Assembly: GCF_006345805.1 (NCBI RefSeq)
Contig: NC_043018.1
Location: 16,120,001 to 16,184,000 of the forward strand
Origin: Octopus sinensis
Taxonomy: Eukaryota
Length of the DNA: 64,000 nt
Direction: 5' to 3'
The notes below the pieces were generated by a model. It was not told the DNA's origin. It saw nothing but the letters and a program-made list of their open reading frames with translations, and did not search any database. Every line of letters begins with the position of its first letter. The stretch's first letter is position 1. Below are positions 1 to 12,315 of the stretch, piece by piece. The position numbers and the translations under genes were made by a program.

Positions 1-1644
1 TCCTCCACTATTTAGCCCATCTGTAATGCTTTCACATGATTAATTAATTGAAAAGGAGTGGGGGTAGTGAGTGAAACAAAGAGAGAAAGGGAAAGAGAAA
101 AAAAAGAGAAAAAGAGGGTAAAGCAAAATGAGAGAGAAAGAGAGAATGATGTGTATTAAGTCGATAAAATTGTGCATAAAGTATATAAAGTGCATTGACC
201 CTTTTGAGACTAACCCAGCCGAAAAAGTTTTTGGTTCATAGGACCAACCCGGCCGTAGCAGGCCGAGAGTACCCATTGTTATTTAAATGTGAATTTAAGC
301 ACGTATCTCGTTGGTACATTTGTGAAAATACGTGATTTCACTTTGTAAATAGTTCAGTTATAGTATCCGACATTGCTTGACGTGATATCTGAACCCAGTG
401 AATTTGGGAAGATTTTTTTTTCCCACATTTTTTCGGCATCGATTTTTCTTCAACTTAGAAAATGAATAGGAGTTTCATGTTATCAAGTATTGATTTCGAA
501 TTTAAAGCTTTTTCAACGGAAAATAGGGAGATATCGAGAAAAAGAATGAATGAGGTACAAAAGCACGTGGTGTACAAAATAATGAATAGGATATTTCTTT
601 ATCCAAAACCGAAAGCAGCGATCCCGAAGAAACAAATCGTAAATAGCAACAGCAAAGATGATTTTACATCAGAATGAAGTAAAAACTTCAAAAATGATTT
701 TATTAGCAATTTTTCTGAGACAGAGTCTATCCATAGTCTTTCTTAGGAAGCGAAACCATTAGACTTTTTTTCAGTAAGCTTGTTTGAAGCAAACACTGCG
801 GAAACAAACTGTTACGCAGAATGTAAACAAACCCAAAATGGGGGATCAAAGTTTGGAAAATTTGTGAAGCGAATACTGGGTACTGTTGTGGATTTAGTTT
901 CTATGCAGGGAAAATAATGTTAGTCAACATGGCCTAGGGTACGATGTGGTCTGGAATTTATCACTTCCATACCATAAACAGGGCCGTATATTATTTTTTG
1001 ACCGATTTCTTTAGTTGGTCAAATTTGCGGTGGATTCCAGTATTTCAGTTTATTTCACCTTTATGATACACCTGTTCTGTTGTGCATTAAATTCAACTGA
1101 TGATCTAGTGATGTGTACAATTTTTTCTATATCAAAATTTTGTTGCATGCCCAAATGAATATTAGCTGATGATTCATTTTCTATGGTGATGTTTAAACAA
1201 AATTTTAATAATTTTACCTTTTGGTCAGTTTACCTGGATTTACCTGTAATTAAAGTCACTTTGGGACAAAAGTTATGCAATAGAATTGATTAAGAGTCCT
1301 TTCTTTAATTATGTTCCAAATATCACATTAATATGTTGATAAGTAAAAAAGTTACAGTTGTTTAATGAAACTAGTCTAAATTCATGATTATTTTAGAATT
1401 TAACTGAAACTCATGAGGGGTGTGTATTTTGGTCAGAAATATAGTAATGAAAGGGTCAAGCAATTATCATATTCCAGTTTCCTTCACTTTTCAATTAGTA
1501 GCAGATGAGCAACTACCTTTCCATACAGACAACACAGGCTACGCTTTCAGGTTCTTTTGATAAAGTTTTCAGAAAATAACCCAATAAATTAGAAAATTAC
1601 TATTTTTAAAATCTCGCAACGAGAGATATTCAGCAACAGTACTT

Positions 1645-1904
1645 TGTAGTAAAGATTGTTTGCCAACATAACGTGGCAGTCCTGGTTTAGGACTAATGTT
1701 GCTGTAATTTAGCCGCAGGAGACATCGTCTCCAGCTGGCTACACGACACAATCCATGTCTTTCTTTTTTCCCTTGTTCGAAAATTTAAGGACGTAGATTG
1801 TGTCGTATAGCCAACTGGAGACGACGTCTTCTGGGGCTAAATTACAGCAACATTCGTCCTAAATCTGGACTGCCATGTTATGCTGGCAAACAATCTTTAC
1901 TACA
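1645..1904. mobile_element. Foldback/palindromic MITE-like element
   Basis: About 115-bp inverted arms (TGTAGTAAAGATTGTTTGCC...GGCAAACAATCTTTACTACA) around a short spacer; no coding capacity. Confidence 0.7.
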
Positions 1905-2125
1905 TAACCCCATAAGTTTACCATTAATTCCATGAAATATTGATGGGTCCCACTAGTTAGTGTGTGTGTGTGTGTGTAGGGTTATTCAAAAAGAATGAAC
2001 CGATTTCAATCAGCAGATCACAATCCACTGAGTCATTCGCTGTTGTAGGATTCTTTTTTATTGTGGGGATGTGTAAAAAATTGTGTTAATGTTCCACCGC
2101 CACCCATTAACCTCGATGGCCTTAA

Positions 2126-2346
2126 CCCTTTAGCATTTAAACCGGCCATATCCGGCCAAAAGTATTCTGCCTGTTTTATGTTCAAACTAGCCAGATCTGG
2201 TCTCTCACACCAACCCTACAATATCATCTTAAAAATGAACAGCTACCGCATCAAAATCTCATAGCTACAAGATAAGGCATGATTAGTTCAAAGCAATGTG
2301 GATAAAAAAGCATTAATTTTGGCAGAATAATGTGAACACTAAAGGG
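2126..2346. mobile_element. piggyBac-type MITE (family D); further copies at 9038-9258, about 38660-39055, 40080-40300 and elsewhere
   Basis: TTAA on both sides (2122-2125, 2347-2350) and CCCTTTAG...CTAAAGGG terminal inverted repeats; near-identical copy at 9038-9258 also flanked by TTAA. Confidence 0.75.
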
Positions 2347-2592
2347 TTAAACATCAAATAACAGCAGTATCAACTCAGTGGATCGTGGATATGCTGGTAT
2401 GTGTCTGGGAGGAATTCTTTTATCGCAATGATTGTTGCCCATGCTGCAGGTGGTGGTGGCCACATTGAACACTTGTAAGACAGGAAATAAAAGTTGATTG
2501 TGAGTAAATACTTGTGACTTCGCTGGAGTTCTCTATTGCTTTTCCTTATTAAAATATTGCGTAATGTCATCAGTTCATTCAGTCTGAATAAC

Positions 2593-2626
<34 letters not shown>

Positions 2627-2683
2627 ATCATATATGTACATTTTGTTTCAGTCATTTGACTGTGGCCACACTGGAGCACCATG

Positions 2684-3035
2684 TACATGATCTCATTCTC
2701 GCCCACAAGATCATAAGCGGAAAGTGTAACCTCTCGAAAGAGCTGTTCTTCACTCCTGCTCCAGAGCGTCGGCTGCGGGGTCATTCCGAAAAGCTCTACC
2801 TGCGACGATTTCATCTCAATCGAAGGAGAGGAGCTTTCTCCGTCCGGGTTGCGGATCCGTGGAACAAGCTGCCAGACGAGATGGTGAAGATGCCGACGAC
2901 CGCTTTGTTCAAAGACTCCCTTGACCTCAAGTGGCCTGAACTCTTTACATGAACACCACCCTGTACTTAACTCCATGTCCCCCTACATGGCCTTGCTATT
3001 TGCTTTTGAGCCAAATTAACTAACTAACTAACTAT
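2684..3035 (+). mobile_element. 5-prime-truncated CR1-type LINE, ORF2 C-terminus and 3-prime tail
   Basis: Reads DLILAHKIISG...RLRGHSEKL...FSVRVADPWNKLP...FKDSLD, typical of the CR1 ORF2 C-terminus; stop at 2952, then a (TAAC)n tail. Confidence 0.8.
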
Positions 3036-4308
3036 CTCTAAAACAAAATTTTTCTTCAAGAACTTAACAAATAATGTATATTAGATAAAATATTTTTCAG
3101 TGGACAACTTGACTCCTCTCATGACCAATTCAAAAGTTATTTCTGCCAGTTCCTAAGAGCTTAAAAGGTAAATAAGAACAGTGAACTTCCTGATTGCCAT
3201 TCTTTCTAATAATTACTATCACATGTATGTCCAGGTGACTGGTATACTCATGTTGGTGAGGTGATCACAGCACCTATGTGCCCAGCTAACCATGCTACCT
3301 GTATGTCCGGCTGGTCACAACACCTGTAAAATCAAGCTCATCATAACACCTGTATGTGCAGCTAATTCATCCTATCTTTGATGATACCATCTTCTTTGAT
3401 AATTTCATTCTCTCTGATAACACCTGTATCCACACCTAACCATGCTACCTCTAAATCCAGCTGATCACCACACCTGTATCCACATCTAATCAAGCTACCT
3501 CTACATCCAGCCAATCACGACAGTTGTGGTCATGACACCTGCAAGTAATTATCTATTTTTCTTCATCATCTTTCTCAATGTTTCTTTAGTGAATAACTCA
3601 GGTGTTTTCTACAGCAACCACACACACACCAATAGAAACTGAGTGAAGCCTGAATCAATTAAAATTCATTAATAGACACAGAGGGAGATGGGTTAATAAC
3701 AACTGTGATTAATTAATTAATTCATTTAGCAAAAGCAGGCTAAATTGTTAAAAGGGGTTAGAAGGGAGGAGAGATGAAGAGGGAGGGGTGGGGGAAGTTG
3801 ATTGGAGCCACCCAAGCACATTACCAGTACTTACAAAATTAAAAAAACAAAAAAACATTTACCGCTCCCTTCCTCTTACACTTTTCTTTCCTCTTCCTCC
3901 TTCCCTGAGAGGCACCTCTACCCCCCACTCTCCATCAGTGCCAATAATAATAATAATAATAGAAATTCTTTCCACCATAGGCAGAGGACCTGGAATTTTG
4001 ATGGAAAGGGGGGTTGGGAAGGAGGAGGGGGGGCAGTCAATTACAGTACCCAACTGGTACTAACTTTGTCAACCCCCTTAACGATGAAAGGTGGAGCTGT
4101 CCTCAACAGAATTTCAACTCGCAAATTTCAAAGAGCCAAAAATTATGCCACAAGGCATTTATCTCACATTCTAAGGGTTCTGCCAGTTTCTCACCTTGGG
4201 ATAAAAATAATTTTCAAAAGGAAGAATATACATATATACAGGTTTATATAAAAACAGAATTATTATTAATTATTATTATTAACATTATTATTATTAATAT
4301 TATTGTTA

Positions 4309-4667
4309 TTATAATTCACTGTCAGTCCAACCATTCATAGCACCATTTGTTAAAATTCCATTCTCTTTGATAATTCCATTCTCTGTCGGGATTCCATTCT
4401 CTTTGATAATACCATTTTCTTTGATAATTCCATTCCCTCTGATGATTCCATTCTGTTTCATGTTAATTTTCCCCCTCACAGACTCGCACAGTTCATCTTC
4501 GAATTCATCGGCGTAAGACATCTGCGAAGACAACAGGTTGCCGTGTTTACAGAAGTTCTTCAGCTTGCCCGTCGCCGCTAGCAACAGACCGAGATAGGGA
4601 GGTGATGGTTTCAGAGGACGCGAGATGTACTCGGGATGGTACTGCACCGCCACATAGTATGGATGAT
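4309..4667 (-). CDS. CTPS: CTP synthase, coding exon 15 (last; [18 protein letters not shown]...TDSEL-stop)
   Basis: QYHPE catalytic His-Glu motif; acceptor ttgttgcag at 4668; TAA at 4309-4311; phase 1 matches the previous exon. Confidence 0.93.
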
Positions 4668-5049
4668 CTGCAACAAGAACAAGTCAATGGTATTAGACAA
4701 TTACTGCATGACCTATCAGACAAACTGACCCCCAAGGCCAGATCTGACGGGGTTGAAGTCTTCCCCCGACCAACTTCAGATTTCTAAACGAAACTTTATA
4801 TAAGCATGGCTGTGTGGTTAAGAAGCTGGACTTCCAACCAAAGGATTTGTAGTTCATTCCAAATAAGCAGCACTTTGAGGAAACAGCCTACTGTGCTTTC
4901 AGGACAACCAATACCTTGAGAATGAATTTGGTAGATGGAAACTGTGTGGAAGCCTGTTGTGTGTGTGTATACATGGACACACATGTATATATACATATAT
5001 GTATACATACATACACATATGTATATGTACATACACATATATGTATGTG

Positions 5050-5355
5050 TGGAGGCGCAATGGCCCAGTGGTTAGGGCAGTGCACACGTGGTTGTAGGAT
5101 CGCGGTTTCCATTCCCAGACCAGGAATTGTGAGTGTTTATTGAGTGAAGACAGCTAAAGCTCCATGAGGCTCCAGCAGGGGGTGGCGATCCCAGCTGTAC
5201 TCTTTCGCCACAACTTTCTCTCACTCTCTCTTCTGTTGGCCTGCTCGCCTAGCCAGCGGGGTGGCGTCATTTGAAGGCTAAAACAATGCAAAGCACATTG
5301 TGACCAGCAATGTGTAGCAACATCTGATAGCCTGGTCGGTCACGGTGATCATAGT
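5050..5355 (+). mobile_element. tRNA-derived SINE (GAGGCGCAATGGCCCAGTGG head, tail type 1); second copy at 13481-13768
   Basis: A-box and B-box-like head; high similarity to 13481-13768. Confidence 0.75.
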
Positions 5356-5659
5356 GATACATGTATATGTTACATATGCATGGTTTAGTGGTTAAGGTGC
5401 TGCACTCATGACTGTAAGATCGTGGGTTCGATTCCCAGACCGGGTATTGCATTGTATTCTTGGGCAAAGCACTTCATTTCACATTGCGATTATTTTGACA
5501 CCTGACATGTGGCACCTGTACAGGTAATATCGATCTGATGGCAGGAGTGAGCTTATCTCTACACAAACATTTGATCACTACAAACAAATCATGTGTTGTT
5601 GCTCGGTAAGAAACTGTCATACCCTCATGTCATCTAACGACGGGAGAGTCCGTCATATG

Positions 5660-5721
<62 letters not shown>

Positions 5722-6073
5722 GTTGTTCAGAAAATTCTGTCCAATTCTTCGGAAAAATTTTTTCAAATTTGATTTTTGAGGTGTTATTTTCGTAGAGTTT
5801 TTAGACGTAATTTTGCATGCTTAATAATTTATTTGTACACTTCAATAATTTTATATTGATTTCTTTCAGACTATAATTTTGAAATCCTTAATTTCAAACA
5901 TGAAAAAATAAATGCTTTTACTTTTTTTTTTACATGAATTTAAATGCCAGAGGATTAATGCTGCTATTCTTCCCCCAACTATATCAAGCCTCACCACCAC
6001 TACTACCCTTACAATTGCCTGTGCTGCCACCACCACCAGGTCAATTCCTAAAATGGTAAGGAGAGAGACTGAC

Positions 6074-6170
6074 CTTCCAGTTCCATTACTTCCATTCTCT
6101 TTCCATCTTCGCTCCGACCCCAGAACATCATTCCATGTTTCTCTAATTCTTCAACGTAATCTGGGTTAAC
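6074..6170 (-). CDS. CTPS: CTP synthase, coding exon 14 (VNPDYVEELEKHGMMFWGRSEDGKRMEVMELE)
   Basis: 97 bp, AG/GT ends, homologous to the CTPS GATase segment VNP...RMEIVELE. Confidence 0.95.
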
Positions 6171-6472
6171 CTGGAAAAGACATGAAGAAAATGTGAAAAT
6201 ATTTGTAGAAGGAGACTGTTCTGAAGCAGATCGTGTGTGTGTGTGTGTGTGTGTGTAGGTATGGGTATGCAGTTAAATATTTCACTTTGCAAGCACATGG
6301 TTCTACAGCTTCAGTCCCAGTGTCTTCCATTGCCCCAGGCCCACCAATGTGAACCCAGTAAGGGAATTTGGCACATAGAGACTGTGTGGAAGCCCATCAT
6401 GTATGCAAGCGAGTGCGAACATGTAGGTGAGTGAGTGAGAACGTGTATGCAAGATTGAGAACATGTATGCAA

Positions 6473-6511
<39 letters not shown>

Positions 6512-7093
6512 TTTGAAAGGTGTGGAAAAGTGGACGTTAAAATAATGAAAACATTATGTGTGGGGGCAGCCCTGCATCTTCTCCACAGCAAGACACTTGA
6601 TTTCTGACCGTTTCTCATAGCTTAACCTCTCATCACTTGACACAAATCACTTCCCCCCCCCCCAATACTAGACCCCTTCTCTCATTTGAGAGTATCTTTG
6701 TCTTGCCAGTTACCAGGTGACCTCACAGGTGCGACATAAAAAGTACCCAGTGCACTGTGATGTGGTAAGCATTATAAAGAGCGTCCGGCTGTAAAAAAAC
6801 CATTCCTAAGAATACAGCACAGCAGAGCTCAGCGCAGTCTTCTGGCAGGTCAGCTCTGGTCAAATCATGCAATCTATGACAGCATGGAAAACAGACAGGT
6901 GCTTGTGAACATGAGTGTCACCTGACTCGTGCTAGGATAGAGAAATGCACATTAAAACAATATACACACACACACACACACACAGTGTATATGTGTGTGC
7001 GTGAAGAAAATAATGTTATTTTATTCCACACAGGTAGAAATATAGGAAAAATGGAAGTTGAAAATGCATTGAGAATAGTTAAAATTATATAAG

Positions 7094-7474
7094 ACTAGCA
7101 GTATCGCCCGGCGTTGCTCGGGTTTGTAAGGGAAATAACTATAAAGCATTTTTAGAGAGTTATAGCCAAAAAATGGAAAAAAAATTATGGTAAATTTTTT
7201 TTTTTAGTTAAAAAGGTCGAGTTGCGTCCCCTAAACAGTCTGTGGTTTGTGTTTCTGATTCTCGACCCCATGTCGAATTAATCGATTTTTTTCAGAACTG
7301 GGGGAACTTTTCAAAATTTTCGCTGCGTTAGTTTTGAATTATGACATTGGGCTGTGTGTGTGTGTGTGTCAAGTTTCATCAGAATCGGTTGAAAGCCGTG
7401 GTCAGGGTGAGGGTACAACCTGACAGACACACAGAAACACACACAGACAAACTGCCGTTTATATAGAGAGAGAT
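7094..7474 (+). mobile_element. Non-autonomous Helitron/Helentron-like element; copies at 29619-29980 (-), 43084-43658 (+, interrupted) and 18893-19090 (partial)
   Basis: ACTAG start, subterminal hairpin CCCGGCGTTGCTCGGG, TTTATATAGAGAG end, near-identical dispersed copies, no TSD seen. Confidence 0.6.
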
Positions 7475-7532
7475 TTAACCGGTTTCAGTTTACACTGATT
7501 TTCAAAAGGTTGAAGGTTCAAATGGTACTTAC

Positions 7533-7588
7533 TTCATAGCGATGCCGGTGACGTTCTTCAACAAAATCAACATCTCCATATAATTTCT
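7533..7588 (-). CDS. CTPS: CTP synthase, coding exon 13 (KLYGDVDFVEERHRHRYE)
   Basis: 56 bp, ERHRHRYE signature, AG/GTAAGT ends. Confidence 0.97.
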
Positions 7589-8242
7589 CTGAAGAAAAAG
7601 AGAGATTATTAAACATTATCATCTGCTGGAGTCATAGCTCTTTCGTTATGTTTCTGATGAAATACAGTCGTTATTTAAATTAAATTTGAAAATGAAGAAG
7701 AATTAAGCAGAATCATCATCATCGTTTAACGTCCGTTCTCCATGCTAGTAGCATGGGTTGGACGGTTCGACCGGGGGATCTGGGAAGCCAGAAGGCTGCA
7801 CCAGGCTCCAGTCTGATCTGGCAGTTTCTACAGCTGGATGCCCTTCCTAACGCCAACCCAATAACAAGTGTTTATTTTGATGGAAGTTTACACTTTACAC
7901 TTTAGCATCCAAATTACTATCAAATGTAAAGCCTATTTATTCACACCGCGACAACAACACACACACCCACACGTTTCAAACCTGGTACTTATCCCATTGG
8001 TCTCTTTTGCCGAATCACTACGCTGAGGGGGTGGGTGGGTGGGTGCAAACACACCAACACCGGTTGTCAAGCAGTGTGGTGAGGCTGGGACACACACGTT
8101 CAAATACTCGCACAAGCGGCAGCCTTTGTTCAGTCAGTTTCCATCAACTCAGAAGACTTTGGTCATCCCGAGACTATTGTAAAAGACACTTCTTGCTCAA
8201 GGTGCCATACAGTAGGACTGAACCCAGAACCACAAGGCTGGG

Positions 8243-8296
<54 letters not shown>

Positions 8297-8375
8297 TGAA
8301 GCTTCTACAAAATCTAAACATACACGAATAGTCTGCCACCCGAATGCTATTTTGAGGCTACAGTTGAATTAAAAA

Positions 8376-8590
8376 ATACCAATTTCTTTATTACCCACAA
8401 GGGGCTAAACAAGGACAGACATAGGTATTAAGTCAATTACATTGACTCCAGTGCGTAACTGGTACTTAATTTATCGACCCCGAAAGGATGAAAGGCAAAG
8501 TCGACCATGGCAGAATTTGAACTCACAACGTAACGACGAAATATGGCTGCGCATTTCGCCCGGCGTGCTAACGTTTCTGCCAGCTTGCCG
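8376..8590 (-). mobile_element. tRNA-headed SINE family C (GGCGAGCTGGCAGAAACGTTAGC...TTTCATCCTTTCGGGGTCGATAAA); copies at about 10292-10500, 10522-10735, 15876-16113, 36394-36598, 59235-59480, 62884-63108
   Basis: Multiple dispersed similar copies with a pol III box-like head. Confidence 0.7.
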
Positions 8591-8861
8591 TACCATCACC
8601 ATCATCATCGTTTAACGTCCGCTTTCCATGCTAGCATGGGTTGGACGGTTTCACTGAGGGCTGGCGAACCAGATAACTGCACCAGGCTCCAGTCTTGATC
8701 TGGCAGAGTTTCTGCTATAATGTATCGCCCAATAACCTTTAACGCTACTTAATCACCAATAACAACACATGCTGGTCAAGATTCTTCATTTCCATTGGTC
8801 CTGACCAATGATTGATTGTAGAACTGATTAACAACAACAAAACAGAAAAAAGTCAACTTAC

Positions 8862-8958
8862 TTGTGATTGATTTATTGCTTCTGAAGATCGTTTTCCTTT
8901 TCCCCAGTCGCATTGTTCCTCCTAATTTACCAGGATTGTGCTCCGGCATTTCAATAAC
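8862..8958 (-). CDS. CTPS: CTP synthase, coding exon 12 ([32 protein letters not shown])
   Basis: 97 bp, GGTMRLG signature, AG/GTAAGT ends. Confidence 0.97.
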
Positions 8959-9524
8959 CTTAAATAAGATAAAGAATCATATGGTAACAAACTGTAGGAC
9001 ATCATTACTAAATAATGATCAACCCATTAGTGTTTAACCCTTTAGCATTTAAACCGGCCATATCCGGCCAAAAGTATTCTGCCTGTTTTATGTTCAAACT
9101 GGCCATATCTGGTCTCTCACACCAACCCTACAATCTCATCTTAAAAATTAACAGCTACCTCATCAAAATCTCATAGCTACAAGATAATGCATGATTAGTT
9201 CAAAACATTGTGGATAAAAAAGGATCAATTTTGGCAGAATAATGCGAACACTAAAGGGTTAAACTGGCCACATCCGGCCCCTATGTTCCAGCTGTTTTAT
9301 GTTCAAACTGACCTTACCCAGCCTCTTAGACCTACCCCTAAAATGTCCTAAAACTAAAACAAAACCATTGAAGTGTTAATGCTACAAGATAATGCATGAT
9401 TAATTCAAGGCAATATGAATAAATAATAAGCAATACATTTGACAGAAAATTCTTAATGCTAAAAGGTTTAAGAACTCAGCATCATTACTAAATGATCAAA
9501 GAATTTTATGGCATCATTACCCAA

Positions 9525-9835
9525 TAATCATCATCATCATCGTTTAACATCCGTTCTCCACGCTAGCACGGGTTGGATGGTTCGACCGGGGTCTGGGAAG
9601 CCAGAAGGCTGCACCAGGCTCCAGTCTGATCTGGCAGATTTTCTACAGCTGGATGCCCTTCCTAACGCCAACCACTCCGCGAGTGTAGTGGGTGCTTTTT
9701 ACGTGCCACCTGCACAGGTGCCAGGAGGGTCCGGCATCGGCCACGATCGGTTGGAGCTTTTAACGTGCCACCAGCACGGGAGCCAACAACGGCCACGTTC
9801 GGATGGTGATTTTTATGTGCCACCAGCACAGGTAT
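9525..9835 (-). mobile_element. (GAT)n-tailed retroposon family B (GGCGTTAGGAAGGGCATCCAGC core); more than 12 copies, e.g. 14825-15189, 20345-20650, 30255-30580, 32985-33300, 43156-43342, 47481-47799, 49560-49830, 60667-60987
   Basis: Dispersed, variably 5-prime-truncated copies ending in GTTAAACGATGATGATG; internal tandem subrepeats of about 58 bp in variable number. Confidence 0.75.
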
Positions 9836-10262
9836 CACAACTACTATTTCCATTGATATTTATTTCGATGTTCATGTTCATGTTCTTAAACAAAGAATTT
9901 TATGCACCAAAGAATTATATAGCATCATTAACAAAATAACTTCCAAAGAATTCTATGCCATCATTACCAAACAACAAAGAATTACAAGGTGTCATTATCA
10001 AATAATAATAAACAAGGGGGAATATGGTGTCAGAGATGGTGAAAAGCATCGACAATGTACCATTTTTGTTTCTTACGTCCCCCAATGTTCATCAAAATGA
10101 AATTACACCAGAAGAGTCAATGTTGCCATTTAACCTTCCATAGAAATATCAGGAACAAACTAGAGCTTATTTGATCAATTCTACTCCACACACCTCTCAC
10201 AGAATTTTGGTCTTCCTGGAGTTGATGCCAAACGCTTGTACCAAATAGACAATATTCTTTTC

Positions 10263-10293
<31 letters not shown>

Positions 10294-10975
10294 GGCAGTG
10301 AAATGGCAGAATTGTTAGCACGCTGGACGAAATCCTTAGCAGTATTTCGCCTGTCACTGCATTCAGAGTTCAAATTCCACTAAGGTCAACTTTGACTTTC
10401 ATCACTTTGGGGTCAATAAATGAAGTACCAGTGAAACAGTGGGGTTTATATAGTCAACTAGTGCCCTCCCCCATATTTCAGGCCTAGAGCCTTTAGTAAA
10501 AAGGATTATTATTATTATTATTAAGGCAGCGAACTGGCAGAATCTTTACCATGCTGGACGAAATGCTTAACAGTATTTCGCCCATCGCTGCGTTTGAGGT
10601 TCAAAATTCCATTGAGGTCAGTTTTGCTTTTCGTCCTTTCTGGGTCGATAAATTAAGTACCAGTGAAACACTGAGGTCAATGAAATTGACAAGACCCTTC
10701 GCACCAAATTTCAGGTCTTGAACCTTTAGTAGAAAGGGTTATTAATATTAATAGAAAGGTGAAGGCAGCAAGCTGCCATGCGGGGCAAAATGCTCTGTGG
10801 CATCTCACCTGTTTTCGCAGGGTTCAAATGCCACCTTTTATCTTTCTGGGGTTGATAAAAAAAAAAAAAAAAAAAAAAAAGGACCAGCTGAGATTTGTAG
10901 GGTATGTGTAAGACTGGCTGTGGGGTATGCGTAAAAAGAAACTGTAATGTGAAGTAATTTGGGGAGTCAACCTAC

Positions 10976-11082
10976 CACAGGGGATGTTGTGTCAGGGTTA
11001 AATTCAGTAGAACTGGCATCTTCCATTCCAAGAACATTGCGAGCAAATTCAACAACAGCACACTGCAGGCCGAGACAAATTC
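10976..11082 (-). CDS. CTPS: CTP synthase, coding exon 11 ([36 protein letters not shown])
   Basis: 107 bp, contains the catalytic Cys in GICLG; AG/GT ends. Confidence 0.97.
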
Positions 11083-12220
11083 CTGAAATGAAATTGAGGA
11101 GATGAATAAAATATTAACATTCTGCATTTGCTCAACACAAAACGGTTTTCTCATCACAACACTTACACAATTGGGTCCATACATGTATATGCATGGGCAA
11201 AAATGCATTCTGTTCCTTTATTCCAAAGTTAAGGTTTTTACTTCATTGCTACATGGGCTCCCACAAACACACACTCTTTTACATGTTCCAGTCATTTGAC
11301 TGTGGCCATGCTGGAGCACAGCCTTTAGTCGAAGAAATTGGGCCCCCAAGACTTATTCTTTGTAAGCTTAGTACTTATTTTATCAATCTCGTTTGTCCAA
11401 CTGCTAAGCTTTGGGGTCATAAACACACCAACATCAGTTACCAAGCAATGGTATTGGGGAACAAACACATACAAATATATATATATACACACACACATAC
11501 ACACGATGGGCTTCTTTCAGATTCCATCTACCAAATCCACTTACAAGGCTGTAGAAGACACTTGCTCACACTGGTGCATGTACTCAATGTAGTTCTCAGG
11601 AAGATTCTACCTGACATTGAATTTGACATGGTTGGCCCATCTGAATTACTACTCATTTTTGTCAGATGAGTGGACTGGAGCAACGTGAAATAAAGTGTCT
11701 TGCTCAAGGACACACCACGCTGTTGGGAATAAATCTCAATCTTATGATCATGAACCAAATGTCCACCAAACATTAAGCCACGGGTTTTCCACGTATATAC
11801 ACATATACAACCCGAGAAAGGACAGCAGGGGAGACAACTAGAGAGTAAGACTCAGTGGGAGGAAACAATCTGACAGAAAGGAGGAAGGAGGAGAGGACTG
11901 GAGAGCAAGAGGCAGCAGGAGACAATCTGATGGAAAGGAGATGGGAGATGACCAGGGTGGGAAGACATGACCAGAGAAAGAGAGGCTGAGGGAGGAGACA
12001 AACAGTGCAAGAGGCAGAGGGAGGAGACAACCTGAGAGCGAGAGGCAGAGGGAGATAACCTGAGAAAACCCAGTGGGAGGAGACAACTGAGAGCAAGAGG
12101 TGGTGGGTGGAGACGACCTGAGAGTGAGAGGTGGCAAGAGGAGACAACCAGAGAGCAAAATGCAGAGAGAGGAGGCTGGAAGGTGGGGAGTAGTAGAATA
12201 ACCTAAGATGATTTACATAC

Positions 12221-12315
12221 CCAAATATGGAATTTTGTTCGTTCGAGCCCATTTAGCGGCCTGGATTTTGCCATTTGTTCCACGGATGCCAAAGCCTCCA
12301 GGGACTAGAATTCCA
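12221..12315 (-). CDS. CTPS: CTP synthase, coding exon 10 ([31 protein letters not shown])
   Basis: 95 bp, VPGGFG oxyanion-strand motif, AG/GTATGT ends. Confidence 0.97.

Noticed and set aside
9508-9939. 143-aa ORF and many similar 60-160 aa ORFs in the track
   Set aside because: They are translations of SINEs and microsatellites and recur at multiple loci
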